Source: a virus | Lineage: Duplodnaviria > Caudoviricetes | DNA: 55,054 bases | Virus record (IMG/VR): IMGVR_UViG_3300025018_000181 | Location: 1 to 55,054 of that record | Strand: one strand, 5' to 3' | In this document: in pieces, positions 46,350 through 55,054 of the stretch | Layout: each line of letters starts with the position of its first letter | Position numbering within the stretch: the stretch's first letter is position 1 | Notes under the pieces: model-generated | Databases searched by the model: none | What the model saw: only the letters and a program-made list of their open reading frames with translations | Told to the model about the DNA's origin: nothing | Program-made: the position numbers and the translations under genes

Positions 46350-46383
46350 CAGCAATTCAGCAATTCAGCAATTCAGCAATTCA
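46350..46383. repeat. 8-bp tandem repeat (CAGCAATT) x4
   Basis: Read directly from sequence. Confidence 0.95.
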
Positions 46384-46397
46384 AGAAGGAAACACTT

Positions 46398-47129
46398 ATG
46401 TCTGATAGCCTCCCAGTTGTACCGACTACTTTTGGCGCATTCCGCCAAGAGCGACTGCCGGACGACGTTCTCAAGATGCAAGAAGAAGCGAGCCGCAAAG
46501 ATTATCTGCCACAAGCTAAAGTCTTGCAGGCAGGTTCCAAGCCAATCAAGGCACGCCGCCCAGACGCAGTCATTGGGCACATTGACTGGCAGGACAAGGC
46601 TTTCGAGACGCTCAAGATCATTCCTCTGATGAGCCGCACGGCGGCTTATGAGTTCTCGTCAGATAAGACAGGCATTAGCCGCTGGTCTTACATCGCGGAC
46701 TCCGATCTATTCAAGGAAATCGCGAGCTATAAGAAGTCTCCGCGCCATGCTTTCGGTGTGGAGATCTTGTTTTGGTGTCTCTCTGGCGATACGCCAAGCT
46801 TCGGGCGTATCATGCTCAAGGGTGGCAACATGACAGATGATTTAGATAGCTTCATGACCGCTCGTGGCTATGTCGCAGAGATTTGGACAAAGCAGATCTT
46901 TTGGAAAGGTGAAGACTGGTACAATGCAAAGTGCCGATTCTTCCGCGACGCCCAAGATCGTGTCATTTCGGGCGACGATATCCCCGACGTCTTGCTACCG
47001 TCTCAAGACGCGCTCAGCGCTGCTACGGCGCTCTTCAAAGAGCGTACTGAAAGCAGCGATAGTACCGCGCCGGCTCCGATGCAAAGTGCCACTGATATGC
47101 CTCCACCACCAGCCGCTGTCCCTTCGTAG
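46398..47129 (+). CDS. hypothetical replication protein, possibly ssDNA-binding
   Basis: LPQAKVLQ..S motif, beta-rich core, Pro/Ala-rich tail; flanked by hairpins. Confidence 0.45.
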   Translation: MSDSLPVVPTTFGAFRQERLPDDVLKMQEEASRKDYLPQAKVLQAGSKPIKARRPDAVIGHIDWQDKAFETLKIIPLMSRTAAYEFSSDKTGISRWSYIADSDLFKEIASYKKSPRHAFGVEILFWCLSGDTPSFGRIMLKGGNMTDDLDSFMTARGYVAEIWTKQIFWKGEDWYNAKCRFFRDAQDRVISGDDIPDVLLPSQDALSAATALFKERTESSDSTAPAPMQSATDMPPPPAAVPS

Positions 47130-47143
47130 TATCATTAGCCTTA

Positions 47144-47171
47144 AAGCCCTCTACTAGTATGTAGAGGGCTT
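47144..47171 (+). terminator. stem-loop
   Basis: AAGCCCTCTAC pairs with GTAGAGGGCTT, 11-bp stem. Confidence 0.65.
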
Positions 47172-47189
47172 GCCTCACTTATACTTAAG

Positions 47190-48998
47190 TTGAAAGGAGA
47201 TCAAGTGGAGGGCACTTACGCAATATGGGACGACGTAGACCTGCGCTACTGTGAGACGCATGTTTCGCAATTCGGAAGCTCGGAGTATATACTCCAGTAC
47301 CAGTTTAATCAAAATCTTAACAATGCTTTTAGGCAGCACTTAGGTGCGCGCTGGAATCCTGGACTTAAGAAGTGGACTATTGAAAAGACAGCTCGGGCAC
47401 TTTATGGGCTTTCATTCTTGAGCAATGGAGAAGCGCGAAAGCGCTACTATCAGCTATTGCCTCCGGAAGTCCAACCTAGGCGCAGCCTCAAGAGGACGCA
47501 GCAAGATCTTCTAAATGAAACAATGTTTAAGTGTGGTGTCTTAGGCGCTCATGATATGGGATTAGGCAAGACTTTAGCCGCTATCGAGATTATGGAGCAA
47601 ACATACTATAGCATGCCTGAGGCCATGCATCCACTGACTGAGTGGTTCTTCTGGGTCATACTACCCAAGGGCTTGATTTCGACGTGGAAGAACGAACTCA
47701 AGAAGTGGGGCAGTCCGATCAAGCCCAAGTTCATTGTTAATAGCCTCGCCAGTATCAAGTCGGCGGTGGCCAGTGCAACTTTTGTGCCAAGGGTTTTAGT
47801 CATTGACGAAATCGCTGAGTTTCGCCGACCTTCACAGCGCACAGCAATAACAGCCGCGCTCACCAACAAGATGTTCGTAACTCACGGGCTCTTTAACTGT
47901 CAAGTTCTTGGCCTATCCGGTCAACCAGCTCCTCGCGACCTTGCAGACTATTACTACCCGATAGAAATAGTTCGCCCCGGATTTCTAAAAGAACATAAGC
48001 ATTATGACTTCGATCGACGCCTTTCGGTCTACGAGTCAATGACCGGTGATGATGGCTCCTCCTTTCCCAAGAGAATGTGCTGGAAGACAGGCACTTGTGC
48101 AGTTTGCAACGGAGCTAGAGAAGAACATCCATCTTTAAATTGTGCAGAATACTATCAGCGCACTTTATGTAAAGAATGTAATAAGCTCCACCTTGGGCGC
48201 GGCTGCGGCAAGTTTAGAAGTGATGCCCCTGATATAGACGAGGTATCGCTACTCTATCAGCGCATTGCACCGGTGGTCTTGGTTGAAAGAAAAGACCCTT
48301 CCAAGCTACCTGAAATTGAGCATGTAATCATTCAAGCGGAGCCGACACCAGAGCTACTAGAGTACGCCGAGCTGGTCTTAGACACTTGCACCTCTAAGCT
48401 GGAAGTGATACGCAAGTTAAGGCAGCTCTCGGACGGATTCCTTTACCCTGAAGAAGGTGAAGCAGTGCTGATGCCTCAAGCACCGAAGCTAGAAGCCTAT
48501 ATTGATTATATGTCGGCTCGCAGCCCGAGAAGGACTATTATCTTCTCCTCGAATACGGCTAGTATAGACCTATTGTGTGGAGCCATGCAGCGCCTCAACT
48601 ACACGGTTATCCGCATTGATGGTCGCGGGACTCGCATGATCTCGCGCCCTATTGGCCAGTTCAAAGACGTAGAAGACTACTTCTCTAAAGATACTCCGGA
48701 GAAGATAGCTATAGTTGGGCACCCCACTTGCTTATCTATGGGGTGGAACTTGCAAGTCGCAAAGTTAGTTGCATTCTACTCGAACGGCGATCGCAATGAC
48801 CACAGGACCCAGGGCATTGCAAGAGCTTGGCGAGATGGGGCCTCAATGGAGTCAATTACATTAGTTGACTTTCTATGTCTTGGCATTGATCGTGTGGTCA
48901 TGACTGCTCTCATGGAGAAGCGGGACGCTGAGACTATTACCTTAGACGAAGTTAAGAGGTGCTTAGGTGAGAGACGACAACGAAACAGTAAAGATTAA
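47190..48998 (+). CDS. SNF2-family helicase with Cys-rich insertion
   Basis: DMGLGKT, VIDE, LSGQP, RIDG, GWNLQ, Q...RA.R.G. Confidence 0.88.
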   Translation: MKGDQVEGTYAIWDDVDLRYCETHVSQFGSSEYILQYQFNQNLNNAFRQHLGARWNPGLKKWTIEKTARALYGLSFLSNGEARKRYYQLLPPEVQPRRSLKRTQQDLLNETMFKCGVLGAHDMGLGKTLAAIEIMEQTYYSMPEAMHPLTEWFFWVILPKGLISTWKNELKKWGSPIKPKFIVNSLASIKSAVASATFVPRVLVIDEIAEFRRPSQRTAITAALTNKMFVTHGLFNCQVLGLSGQPAPRDLADYYYPIEIVRPGFLKEHKHYDFDRRLSVYESMTGDDGSSFPKRMCWKTGTCAVCNGAREEHPSLNCAEYYQRTLCKECNKLHLGRGCGKFRSDAPDIDEVSLLYQRIAPVVLVERKDPSKLPEIEHVIIQAEPTPELLEYAELVLDTCTSKLEVIRKLRQLSDGFLYPEEGEAVLMPQAPKLEAYIDYMSARSPRRTIIFSSNTASIDLLCGAMQRLNYTVIRIDGRGTRMISRPIGQFKDVEDYFSKDTPEKIAIVGHPTCLSMGWNLQVAKLVAFYSNGDRNDHRTQGIARAWRDGASMESITLVDFLCLGIDRVVMTALMEKRDAETITLDEVKRCLGERRQRNSKD

Positions 48999-49443
48999 AG
49001 TTGCGAGAGTCATCGCCTCGACACAGACGCAAGCCTACAAAGAGCATTGGAGCCAACGAAAGCTCAGCTATGTTACCTACCGCAAAAGGTTTCAAGAGCT
49101 AGTCGAAACCCTGGACTTGGTTGACGCGAGCCTTGACCCTTACGAAATTGTAGCAGACTGGCGTTTCCAACACTATCCTTGGTGGTCAGCCTCTGCACAG
49201 GCTTTTGAAGCAGGTAAGTCATTGCTAGACCAGATCTTCGAGCTGGCAGTTCTTGTGCGAAGTGAGAAAGAGTCTCTTCGCCGCGTGGGGTATGACTATG
49301 ATTCACTGTTAGCCACCGGCTTAGCCCCAAAGGCTGAGTACTACAAAAAGCAGCTTGTAGCTCTTTGGAGGACACGGGACAAAAGAGCCGATCCGCCCAA
49401 TGAAAAAGCCGCAGTACCACCCCAGGAGGCCAAGCAGTGCTAG
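48967..49443 (+). CDS. hypothetical protein
   Basis: Coupled ORF. Confidence 0.6.
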   Translation: MRDDNETVKIKVARVIASTQTQAYKEHWSQRKLSYVTYRKRFQELVETLDLVDASLDPYEIVADWRFQHYPWWSASAQAFEAGKSLLDQIFELAVLVRSEKESLRRVGYDYDSLLATGLAPKAEYYKKQLVALWRTRDKRADPPNEKAAVPPQEAKQC

Positions 49444-49937
49444 AGCGCATTGAAAAGCTGGCGGAGCGCTTAAAACTCTTGCCATTCCCTGCAGTACCGG
49501 GTGTAAATCGCTTAGAGTATACACTTCTTCGCACGGCACACCTTACAGTTTTGAGTCCGACATATGCTGCGGAGAAACTAGTCGGAGAATGGGTGTGCTT
49601 AGAGCTTGGCCTCTATAATCTCATAAACTATGAGAGGATCATAGACAAGCTCATGCTCCGGCAGGCGGCTGAGCGTTGGGCCACCGAGTGGCTAACAGTC
49701 GAAGACTTAGTTAGGTTTCCAGTGGTCTGCCAGACCGAAATCGCTTTCATGCTCAACAAGTCTAGTAAGTTCACTCGCTTACTACACTTCTATAGGAGTC
49801 TCACGATCACTGAGCGCGAGTTGCAGCTCGCCTCATTTGCAGAACTTATGGACGTTGTTTTTCAAGACCCGAGAGGATCAGCACCTATCCTCGAAGTTAC
49901 ATTAAGGAGGCTTTATGCCTACGCCAAAGAAGCTTAA
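49437..49937 (+). CDS. hypothetical protein
   Basis: AGGAGG RBS, GTG start. Confidence 0.6.
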   Translation: MLERIEKLAERLKLLPFPAVPGVNRLEYTLLRTAHLTVLSPTYAAEKLVGEWVCLELGLYNLINYERIIDKLMLRQAAERWATEWLTVEDLVRFPVVCQTEIAFMLNKSSKFTRLLHFYRSLTITERELQLASFAELMDVVFQDPRGSAPILEVTLRRLYAYAKEA

Positions 49938-50313
49938 AGTCCTGTCTTACAACGATGTTGACTGGGACATTGACGCCAAAGCCTCAGAGTTTCACCGAAA
50001 TGGTCGGCGCCTAGCGTTCGCTTTCTGGGCACCATATAAAGACAGCATCAACTTTAGTGATGTAAGAGGCTTTCACTCTTATCCGGTCTGCTCCGACTTA
50101 GAGTCGTGGGTCGAGCAAGTGCAATACCTTACACGAGAAGTTATGCCAGTGGTCGATGCCTATTCAAAGTGGCGCCTTTCTCCGTTTTACTCAGAGAATC
50201 AAAAGCAGCATGACGCTACACTGCGCCAGAACATTCGCTCGGTGTGGGCGGCTCGACCTAAGAAAAGAAGAGGTCAAAGTGGTGAGGCGGCAACGGAAGA
50301 AAGCTTGCTCTGA
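49915..50313 (+). CDS. hypothetical protein
   Basis: AAGGAGG RBS. Confidence 0.65.
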   Translation: MPTPKKLKVLSYNDVDWDIDAKASEFHRNGRRLAFAFWAPYKDSINFSDVRGFHSYPVCSDLESWVEQVQYLTREVMPVVDAYSKWRLSPFYSENQKQHDATLRQNIRSVWAARPKKRRGQSGEAATEESLL

Positions 50314-50908
50314 GGCAGACTTAGAGCTTGCCTCGCACAGCAACGGCAACCAAGCTGGCTGGCCGCGATACTTTTGTGCAGCTGGTGGTAAGCAATGGTG
50401 GTACCACGATGCTGAGACTTTAACCGCAAACAAATTTGTCCGTTTTCTTCGTTGGCAGCAGGCTGGGATCGAAATACGATCCCGGCTGCCGCTGGCTACC
50501 ATGAGATGTACCGGTCCTAATTCGAGCGATGAAGAGCTGCGAGCCTTATATTTGTCGCAAGCACTACCTGAACCTGGATATGGCCCTGGGCCTGAAGCAC
50601 GCATCTGTCAAGAACTAAAGCTTTGGTCACAACAGCTTGGGTGGGTCTGTGATAAGACGTTCGGTACAGTATATCAGTCGGGTTGGCCGGACTTTTACAT
50701 GGCACACAAAGACCACGGCACTTTTTGGGTTGAAGTCAAAACTGAATCAGGCGCACTGGAAGCCTCACAGTTTGGGCACTTTAGCAAGCTCGAAAAGTAT
50801 GGTATTGGTGTATGGGTTGTGCGTGACGCAGAGACTTTCATGGACGTACTTAAGAAGGCGCCAAACTGGCGCGGTGTTAGGAGGAAGAAGTGGAAGGTCG
50901 AGTTATAG
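50156..50908 (+). CDS. VRR-NUC domain nuclease (true start probably downstream)
   Basis: GPEA.I...L, GWPD, WVEVK..G.L...Q. Confidence 0.85.
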   Translation: MPIQSGAFLRFTQRIKSSMTLHCARTFARCGRLDLRKEEVKVVRRQRKKACSEADLELASHSNGNQAGWPRYFCAAGGKQWWYHDAETLTANKFVRFLRWQQAGIEIRSRLPLATMRCTGPNSSDEELRALYLSQALPEPGYGPGPEARICQELKLWSQQLGWVCDKTFGTVYQSGWPDFYMAHKDHGTFWVEVKTESGALEASQFGHFSKLEKYGIGVWVVRDAETFMDVLKKAPNWRGVRRKKWKVEL

Positions 50909-51468
50909 TCGCCATTATCGGCTCTGCCGGAAGTGGAAAATCAACCCTTGGACAGGCAATCTTGCGATCTTCCCGTATGGGTCGCAGGCTAGCTTTTGCT
51001 GAGCCGATAAAGCGAGCACTTGCGGCATTGTTTGGGATTCCCCGAATCTCTCTTGACCAAGAACACTTTAAGCGTCAAGTCGAGCCTGTCTCTGGAAAGA
51101 CCTATCGGCAGCTTTTGCAGACCCTAGGTACCGAATGGGGGCGCGATATAGTTGATAAGAATCTATGGGTCAATCTTGGCATTGCTGACATTGAAGCTGA
51201 TGCTCGACACCGAGTTTTCGTCGTTGATGATGCTCGCTTCCTCAATGAGGTTAAAGCACTGCGCAGCTCAGGTATCAAGTGCTTTGTTGTCCGTGTAGTC
51301 AGAACCAACGCGGCGCCGCCCGGCGAACACATAAGTGAGCGAGAGCAAAGTGACATTTTTGCAGACTTAACATACTATAACGAGCCTTGTGCAAAGAACA
51401 AGGCCGTGACTCAAGCCAAAAACTGGCTTGCCTCCTTAGGCAAAGAGATACTGAAAGAAATACAATAG
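50890..51468 (+). CDS. deoxynucleotide monophosphate kinase
   Basis: GSAGSGKST, FAEPIK, RQLLQ.LGTEWGR, DDARF.NE, HISE. Confidence 0.92.
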   Translation: MEGRVIVAIIGSAGSGKSTLGQAILRSSRMGRRLAFAEPIKRALAALFGIPRISLDQEHFKRQVEPVSGKTYRQLLQTLGTEWGRDIVDKNLWVNLGIADIEADARHRVFVVDDARFLNEVKALRSSGIKCFVVRVVRTNAAPPGEHISEREQSDIFADLTYYNEPCAKNKAVTQAKNWLASLGKEILKEIQ

Positions 51469-51469
51469 T

Positions 51470-53752
51470 ATGGTATTGCACGTAGACTCCGAAGGTATCG
51501 GATTTAACGGCCCGCTCGTTCTTTTGCAATATGCAGAAGACGACGGACCAGTCGCACTTCATCATGTCTTTCTTGAGCCTGTCCGCAAGACCTTAGACAA
51601 GCTCGAGATGTTCTGTGATAGCGAAGTTGTTGCGTGGAACCTGAAACATGACTGGTTCCACTTTGTTAAGCTATATAATATACTTAAGCAGGTCAAAGAC
51701 GTTGGGCAAGTGCCACAGGTCTTCGAGATTGCCGACATTGAAGCCAAAAATCCGTGCGACTACTTCTTGCGCCCAAAAGCCGCTTTAGATCTTATGATCC
51801 ATGCAACAGAAGGCGACTACCAATTTCTCATGGAGCGCAAGCCTTTCGTTTTGCGTCGCGTCCCACGGTTTCTCGCTTATAAGCTCATCGAGAAGCTGAA
51901 TAACAAGGTCAAGTATGACTCTATTCTCTTTGCCAAGTATAAGAAGAAAGAATCACTAGGCTGGGAGCCTGTTGAACTTTCGCCGCCACACCCTGACTTA
52001 GTAGACGTTCGCATTAAGTTCAACCCTTCAGCGTCGTTAGACGCTGTGGGCGAGTTTGTTGTTGGCCGCAACAAAGTCGTCCAAGACTGGTCAGTGTTGC
52101 CAGACGTAAGTCCTCCGGCTTGGCGTCCTTATGGTGGAAATTGGCGCTTCTTTGTCGAGGACTATATTGAGTTCTGGCAAAGGCCAATTAACCTTGAGTA
52201 TGCTTCCAGAGACGTTGAACTGTTGCAGGATATACATGCGGCTTGGGGCAAGCCAGCTCCAGGGCATATGAATGGAGAGCTGTCGGTTGCCGTCGCTAAT
52301 GCACGTTGGAAAGGCTTTGCGCTTGACTTGAAAGAGATTAAGCGGGTCCATGACGAAGCGTCCGAGCTTGTCGCCTCTTGCCCGATCAACATGAACAGCC
52401 CCAAGGCCGTAAAGAAATATATTATTGCTGCCATGGACCCGATGAAAGCAGCGCTCTTTAAGTCTACCGGCAAAGCGACCCTAGAAGTCATGGCCAAAGA
52501 TAGTGGAGAAGCGGGTAAGCGCGCAGCATATATGCTCAGTGTCCGCAAGGCCGAGGCCCTTATGCGGGTCTTCACGAAGCTCTTAGCCGCTGGTCGGTTC
52601 CATCCCAACTATAATGTGCATGGCGCATTATCTTCTCGTATGGCCGGAACTGGTGGCATTAACGCGCAAGGGCTCCATAAAGGACACCGCAAAGTCTTCC
52701 TTCTCGCTGATCCTGATGAAGTTGGAGAATCAGGTGACTTCGATGCTTTTGAGACCGGTATAGCTGTTGCTGTCTACCGTGACCCAGTGTTAGAAGAGGC
52801 TCTCTTAAGTGGGGTCAAGCCTCATGCCGACATGGCTGCCTCTATCTACCAGGAAAGCTATGAGGACATCCTTGACACCGAGAAGGGTAAGTGTGGCAAG
52901 TGTGACGGAACGGGATCAGTTGAAGCAGAAGATGCTTCAGACCTAGAGTTTGTTCCTAACGAGTGGATAAAAGACACTAAAGTCACTTGTTACTTCTGTG
53001 AGGGAACTGGCGCCGTTGAAGACAAGTATGGAAAAGGTAAAAGCGTATTTTATGCATCTCTCTATGGAGCCCACGAAGAAAAGCTTGCACTGATAACTGG
53101 TAAATCTGCTGGCTTCATGAAAGAAGGGCTCCTATCTTGGCAAAGCAAATACCCAATGATGATGGCCTACCAGCTAGAGTCTGAGCGGAATTATATACCA
53201 GTATACTTTAATGACAAGAACAAGCTATGTTGGCGCGAGCCAAAAATGTACGCCAAGTCTCTTCTTGGCTTCAAGCGTTCATTTAAAATCGAGTTTGACA
53301 CGATTAGAGCGATGTTTGAAATACTACAGCACTGGCCAGCCGAGTGGTCAAGTATACCGATCACAGTGACGCGCAAACACACTAAAGGAGAGCAGAACGC
53401 AGGCAACGCTTGCATGTCGGCTCTAATTGGTGCAATGTTTAGCTTAAGTAGCTCTGTCAAACGACAGGCTAATAATCACGAGATTCAAGCAACTGGTGCT
53501 GGCCTAACTAAAGAGCTGCAGCTACGAATCTGGACTGAAATGCAGCCCGTAGGTATCCATGAGCCAATTGTAAGACTTATGAATACCCATGACGAGCTGT
53601 CAGCGGTGCTTAAGAAAGGCTATTCTTGCGCACCCATTGTCAAAAGGTTTATAGAAGAAAAAAGAGCAATCGTCAGGCTTCTTGGCATGACTTGGGATTG
53701 TGGAATTCAATACTGGGGCGATAAGAACCCTAGAGAAAAGGTTGTGTGCTGA
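51470..53752 (+). CDS. polA: DNA polymerase family A with 3'-5' exonuclease domain and Zn-finger insertion
   Basis: DSEG and WNLKHD exo motifs; DFDAFE motif A; K...Y...YG motif B; N..IQ.TGA; HDE motif C. Confidence 0.9.
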   Translation: MVLHVDSEGIGFNGPLVLLQYAEDDGPVALHHVFLEPVRKTLDKLEMFCDSEVVAWNLKHDWFHFVKLYNILKQVKDVGQVPQVFEIADIEAKNPCDYFLRPKAALDLMIHATEGDYQFLMERKPFVLRRVPRFLAYKLIEKLNNKVKYDSILFAKYKKKESLGWEPVELSPPHPDLVDVRIKFNPSASLDAVGEFVVGRNKVVQDWSVLPDVSPPAWRPYGGNWRFFVEDYIEFWQRPINLEYASRDVELLQDIHAAWGKPAPGHMNGELSVAVANARWKGFALDLKEIKRVHDEASELVASCPINMNSPKAVKKYIIAAMDPMKAALFKSTGKATLEVMAKDSGEAGKRAAYMLSVRKAEALMRVFTKLLAAGRFHPNYNVHGALSSRMAGTGGINAQGLHKGHRKVFLLADPDEVGESGDFDAFETGIAVAVYRDPVLEEALLSGVKPHADMAASIYQESYEDILDTEKGKCGKCDGTGSVEAEDASDLEFVPNEWIKDTKVTCYFCEGTGAVEDKYGKGKSVFYASLYGAHEEKLALITGKSAGFMKEGLLSWQSKYPMMMAYQLESERNYIPVYFNDKNKLCWREPKMYAKSLLGFKRSFKIEFDTIRAMFEILQHWPAEWSSIPITVTRKHTKGEQNAGNACMSALIGAMFSLSSSVKRQANNHEIQATGAGLTKELQLRIWTEMQPVGIHEPIVRLMNTHDELSAVLKKGYSCAPIVKRFIEEKRAIVRLLGMTWDCGIQYWGDKNPREKVVC

Positions 53753-54807
53753 TGGTAGACTTTAGTGCATTTCGAGAGCGCGATCCTATTCCTGAGATCG
53801 CGCCAACACGTTATCCAAAGTATATCTCTCCTTCGAGTCTGAGCCATTGGCAGCAGTGTCAACACTATTTCTACCTTAAAAGAATGACCGACATTAAAGT
53901 ACCCCCTGAACCAACTAGTGAAGCCGCCGCAGCTGGTATTGGCTTTGATGCCCATGTTAAGTGTTGGATCAACCAGTATCAACAGGACTTGTTTCCAGGA
54001 CAAAGACTTATGACTGATCCTATGGTCATGATCAAAGATGGTATAGCCGATGAAGATTTACAAATAAAAGCTAATATCATTGGAAGGAATCTACTTTTAG
54101 TCTATATCCAAGGGCCAGGGCTAGACATACTAGAACACTGCCCGATTAAAGTGGAGATGGACGAGACGCAAATTCTACCGGGCTATAATGTTCCGCTCAG
54201 ATGCAAAATTGACGCATTACTGCAGGATAATACGGTCTTAGATTGGAAGGTTCGAGGCTACGCCTCAGCCGCTAAGTCTCCAACTCAAGGATATTTCCAA
54301 CGATGGAAAGGTGGCAAGCATTACCCTGACCCTCATGACAAGCATACAGAGAACTTTGAAGTTATTGAAAGGAAGTGGGCGACTCAGCTCGCTATATATG
54401 CTTTTAGTGTTGGGCACATACCCGGAGAGCCTTTGATCGGGAAGATCGATGAACTTTCTATGCGAGATGTAATGAACCCTGAAGAAATTACTATAGATAG
54501 TGTAGCCTGCACTCAACTTAGGCTCCCTATCGGAAGGTCTTTTCAGCTAGAGGTGGCAGAAGAGCTTCGTGATACCTGGAACAAGATTACTACTGACCAG
54601 ATTGAAGTACCAATACCTACTTACAAGAGATGCTATCAGTATCGGAAGCTCTGCCAAGTTGCATCTTCTTGTACCCATTACTTAAAGATTGAAGACATTA
54701 TTCAATCTTATGCTAGCTCAATTCACAGTAAGCCGATATTCTTAACAGGGTATGATAAAATGATGAAAGCTTTCACAGACTCTGAGGTGCCTCCTGAGCC
54801 GGTATGA
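53746..54807 (+). CDS. PD-(D/E)XK exonuclease (Cas4/AddB-like)
   Basis: SPSSL..W..C, KIDA..., DWK, QLAIY, C-terminal Cys cluster. Confidence 0.85.
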   Translation: MLMVDFSAFRERDPIPEIAPTRYPKYISPSSLSHWQQCQHYFYLKRMTDIKVPPEPTSEAAAAGIGFDAHVKCWINQYQQDLFPGQRLMTDPMVMIKDGIADEDLQIKANIIGRNLLLVYIQGPGLDILEHCPIKVEMDETQILPGYNVPLRCKIDALLQDNTVLDWKVRGYASAAKSPTQGYFQRWKGGKHYPDPHDKHTENFEVIERKWATQLAIYAFSVGHIPGEPLIGKIDELSMRDVMNPEEITIDSVACTQLRLPIGRSFQLEVAEELRDTWNKITTDQIEVPIPTYKRCYQYRKLCQVASSCTHYLKIEDIIQSYASSIHSKPIFLTGYDKMMKAFTDSEVPPEPV

Positions 54808-54865
54808 GAATTTCAGCTGAAAAGTGAAAAGGTTGCTAGTCTCAACGGCCCTCGTGCCTATACCT

Positions 54866-54909
54866 ATGCACAGTGTATGCGTGTCCCAGGCGCTTATACT
54901 GTGCATTTT
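54866..54909 (+). terminator. long hairpin plus short T-run ending the early operon
   Basis: ATGCACAGTGTATGCG pairs with CGCTTATACTGTGCAT (one G-U, one mismatch), followed by TTT. Confidence 0.65.
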
Positions 54910-54960
54910 CGTATCCATAGCTAAAGTCGGCCTCTGCGGTAGCCTAGCTGCTTGACGACA

Positions 54961-55054
54961 ATGGCTAAAGACTACATGGCTAAAGACTAAAGTCGACGCC
55001 GCCAGAGACTAAAGTCAGAGCGGCTAGAGACTAAAGCCTACACCTCTAGAGACT
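54961..55054. repeat. iteron-like A(A/G)AGACTAAAG motifs at 22-bp spacing
   Basis: Copies at 54982, 55004, 55026 and partial at 55048; ATGGCTAAAGACTA twice (54961, 54976). Confidence 0.85.

Larger units (their letters stand above)
1..55054. mobile_element. tailed bacteriophage genome (siphovirus-like), apparently complete
   Basis: Full head-neck-tail and replication modules; no host genes; the repeat region appears continuous across the ends. Confidence 0.9.

Noticed and set aside
35401-53752. Z-base (2-aminoadenine) genome from HD + MazG + PolA
   Set aside because: No PurZ/PurA-like gene is visible, and an N6-adenine MTase is present; kept only as a general nucleotide-toolkit note
53746-54807. 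Cas4 as evidence of a CRISPR-Cas system
   Set aside because: No other cas genes or array; Cas4-like exonucleases next to PolA are ordinary phage replication genes

Overview
The window looks like a complete or near-complete ~55 kb tailed-phage genome (Caudoviricetes, siphovirus-like). The two ends appear to join inside a repeat-rich non-coding region. There are three blocks. (1) A + strand morphogenesis operon at 610-27776: terminase, HK97-type portal/protease/capsid, neck, accessory LamG/beta-helix proteins, tail tube, -1 frameshifted tail chaperones, ~1900-aa tape measure, gpM/gpL/gpJ-like tip and a fibre. (2) A - strand block at 27848-37285: holin-like gene, adenine MTase, deoxynucleoside kinase, primase-helicase, HD nucleotidase and a degenerate serine-recombinase-like protein. 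(3) A + strand early/replication block at 37594-54807: nucleotidyltransferase, DHH phosphoesterase, ThyX, MazG pair, ParB, SNF2 helicase, VRR-NUC, dNMP kinase, family A polymerase and a PD-(D/E)XK exonuclease. I recognised no tRNA, CRISPR array, intact integrase or endolysin. The most unusual items are: a Zn-ribbon/multi-ubiquitin-like gene among tail genes; a divergent promoter pair built as a 51-bp inverted repeat, enclosing a second copy of the genome-end element and sitting beside the recombinase-domain gene; a dead/active MazG pair joined in frame by a 10-nt tandem repeat; 22-bp-phased iteron-like motifs across the genome junction; and an RNA pseudoknot-like element ahead of the tail chaperone. 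All protein calls come from motif recognition by eye; no database search was run.
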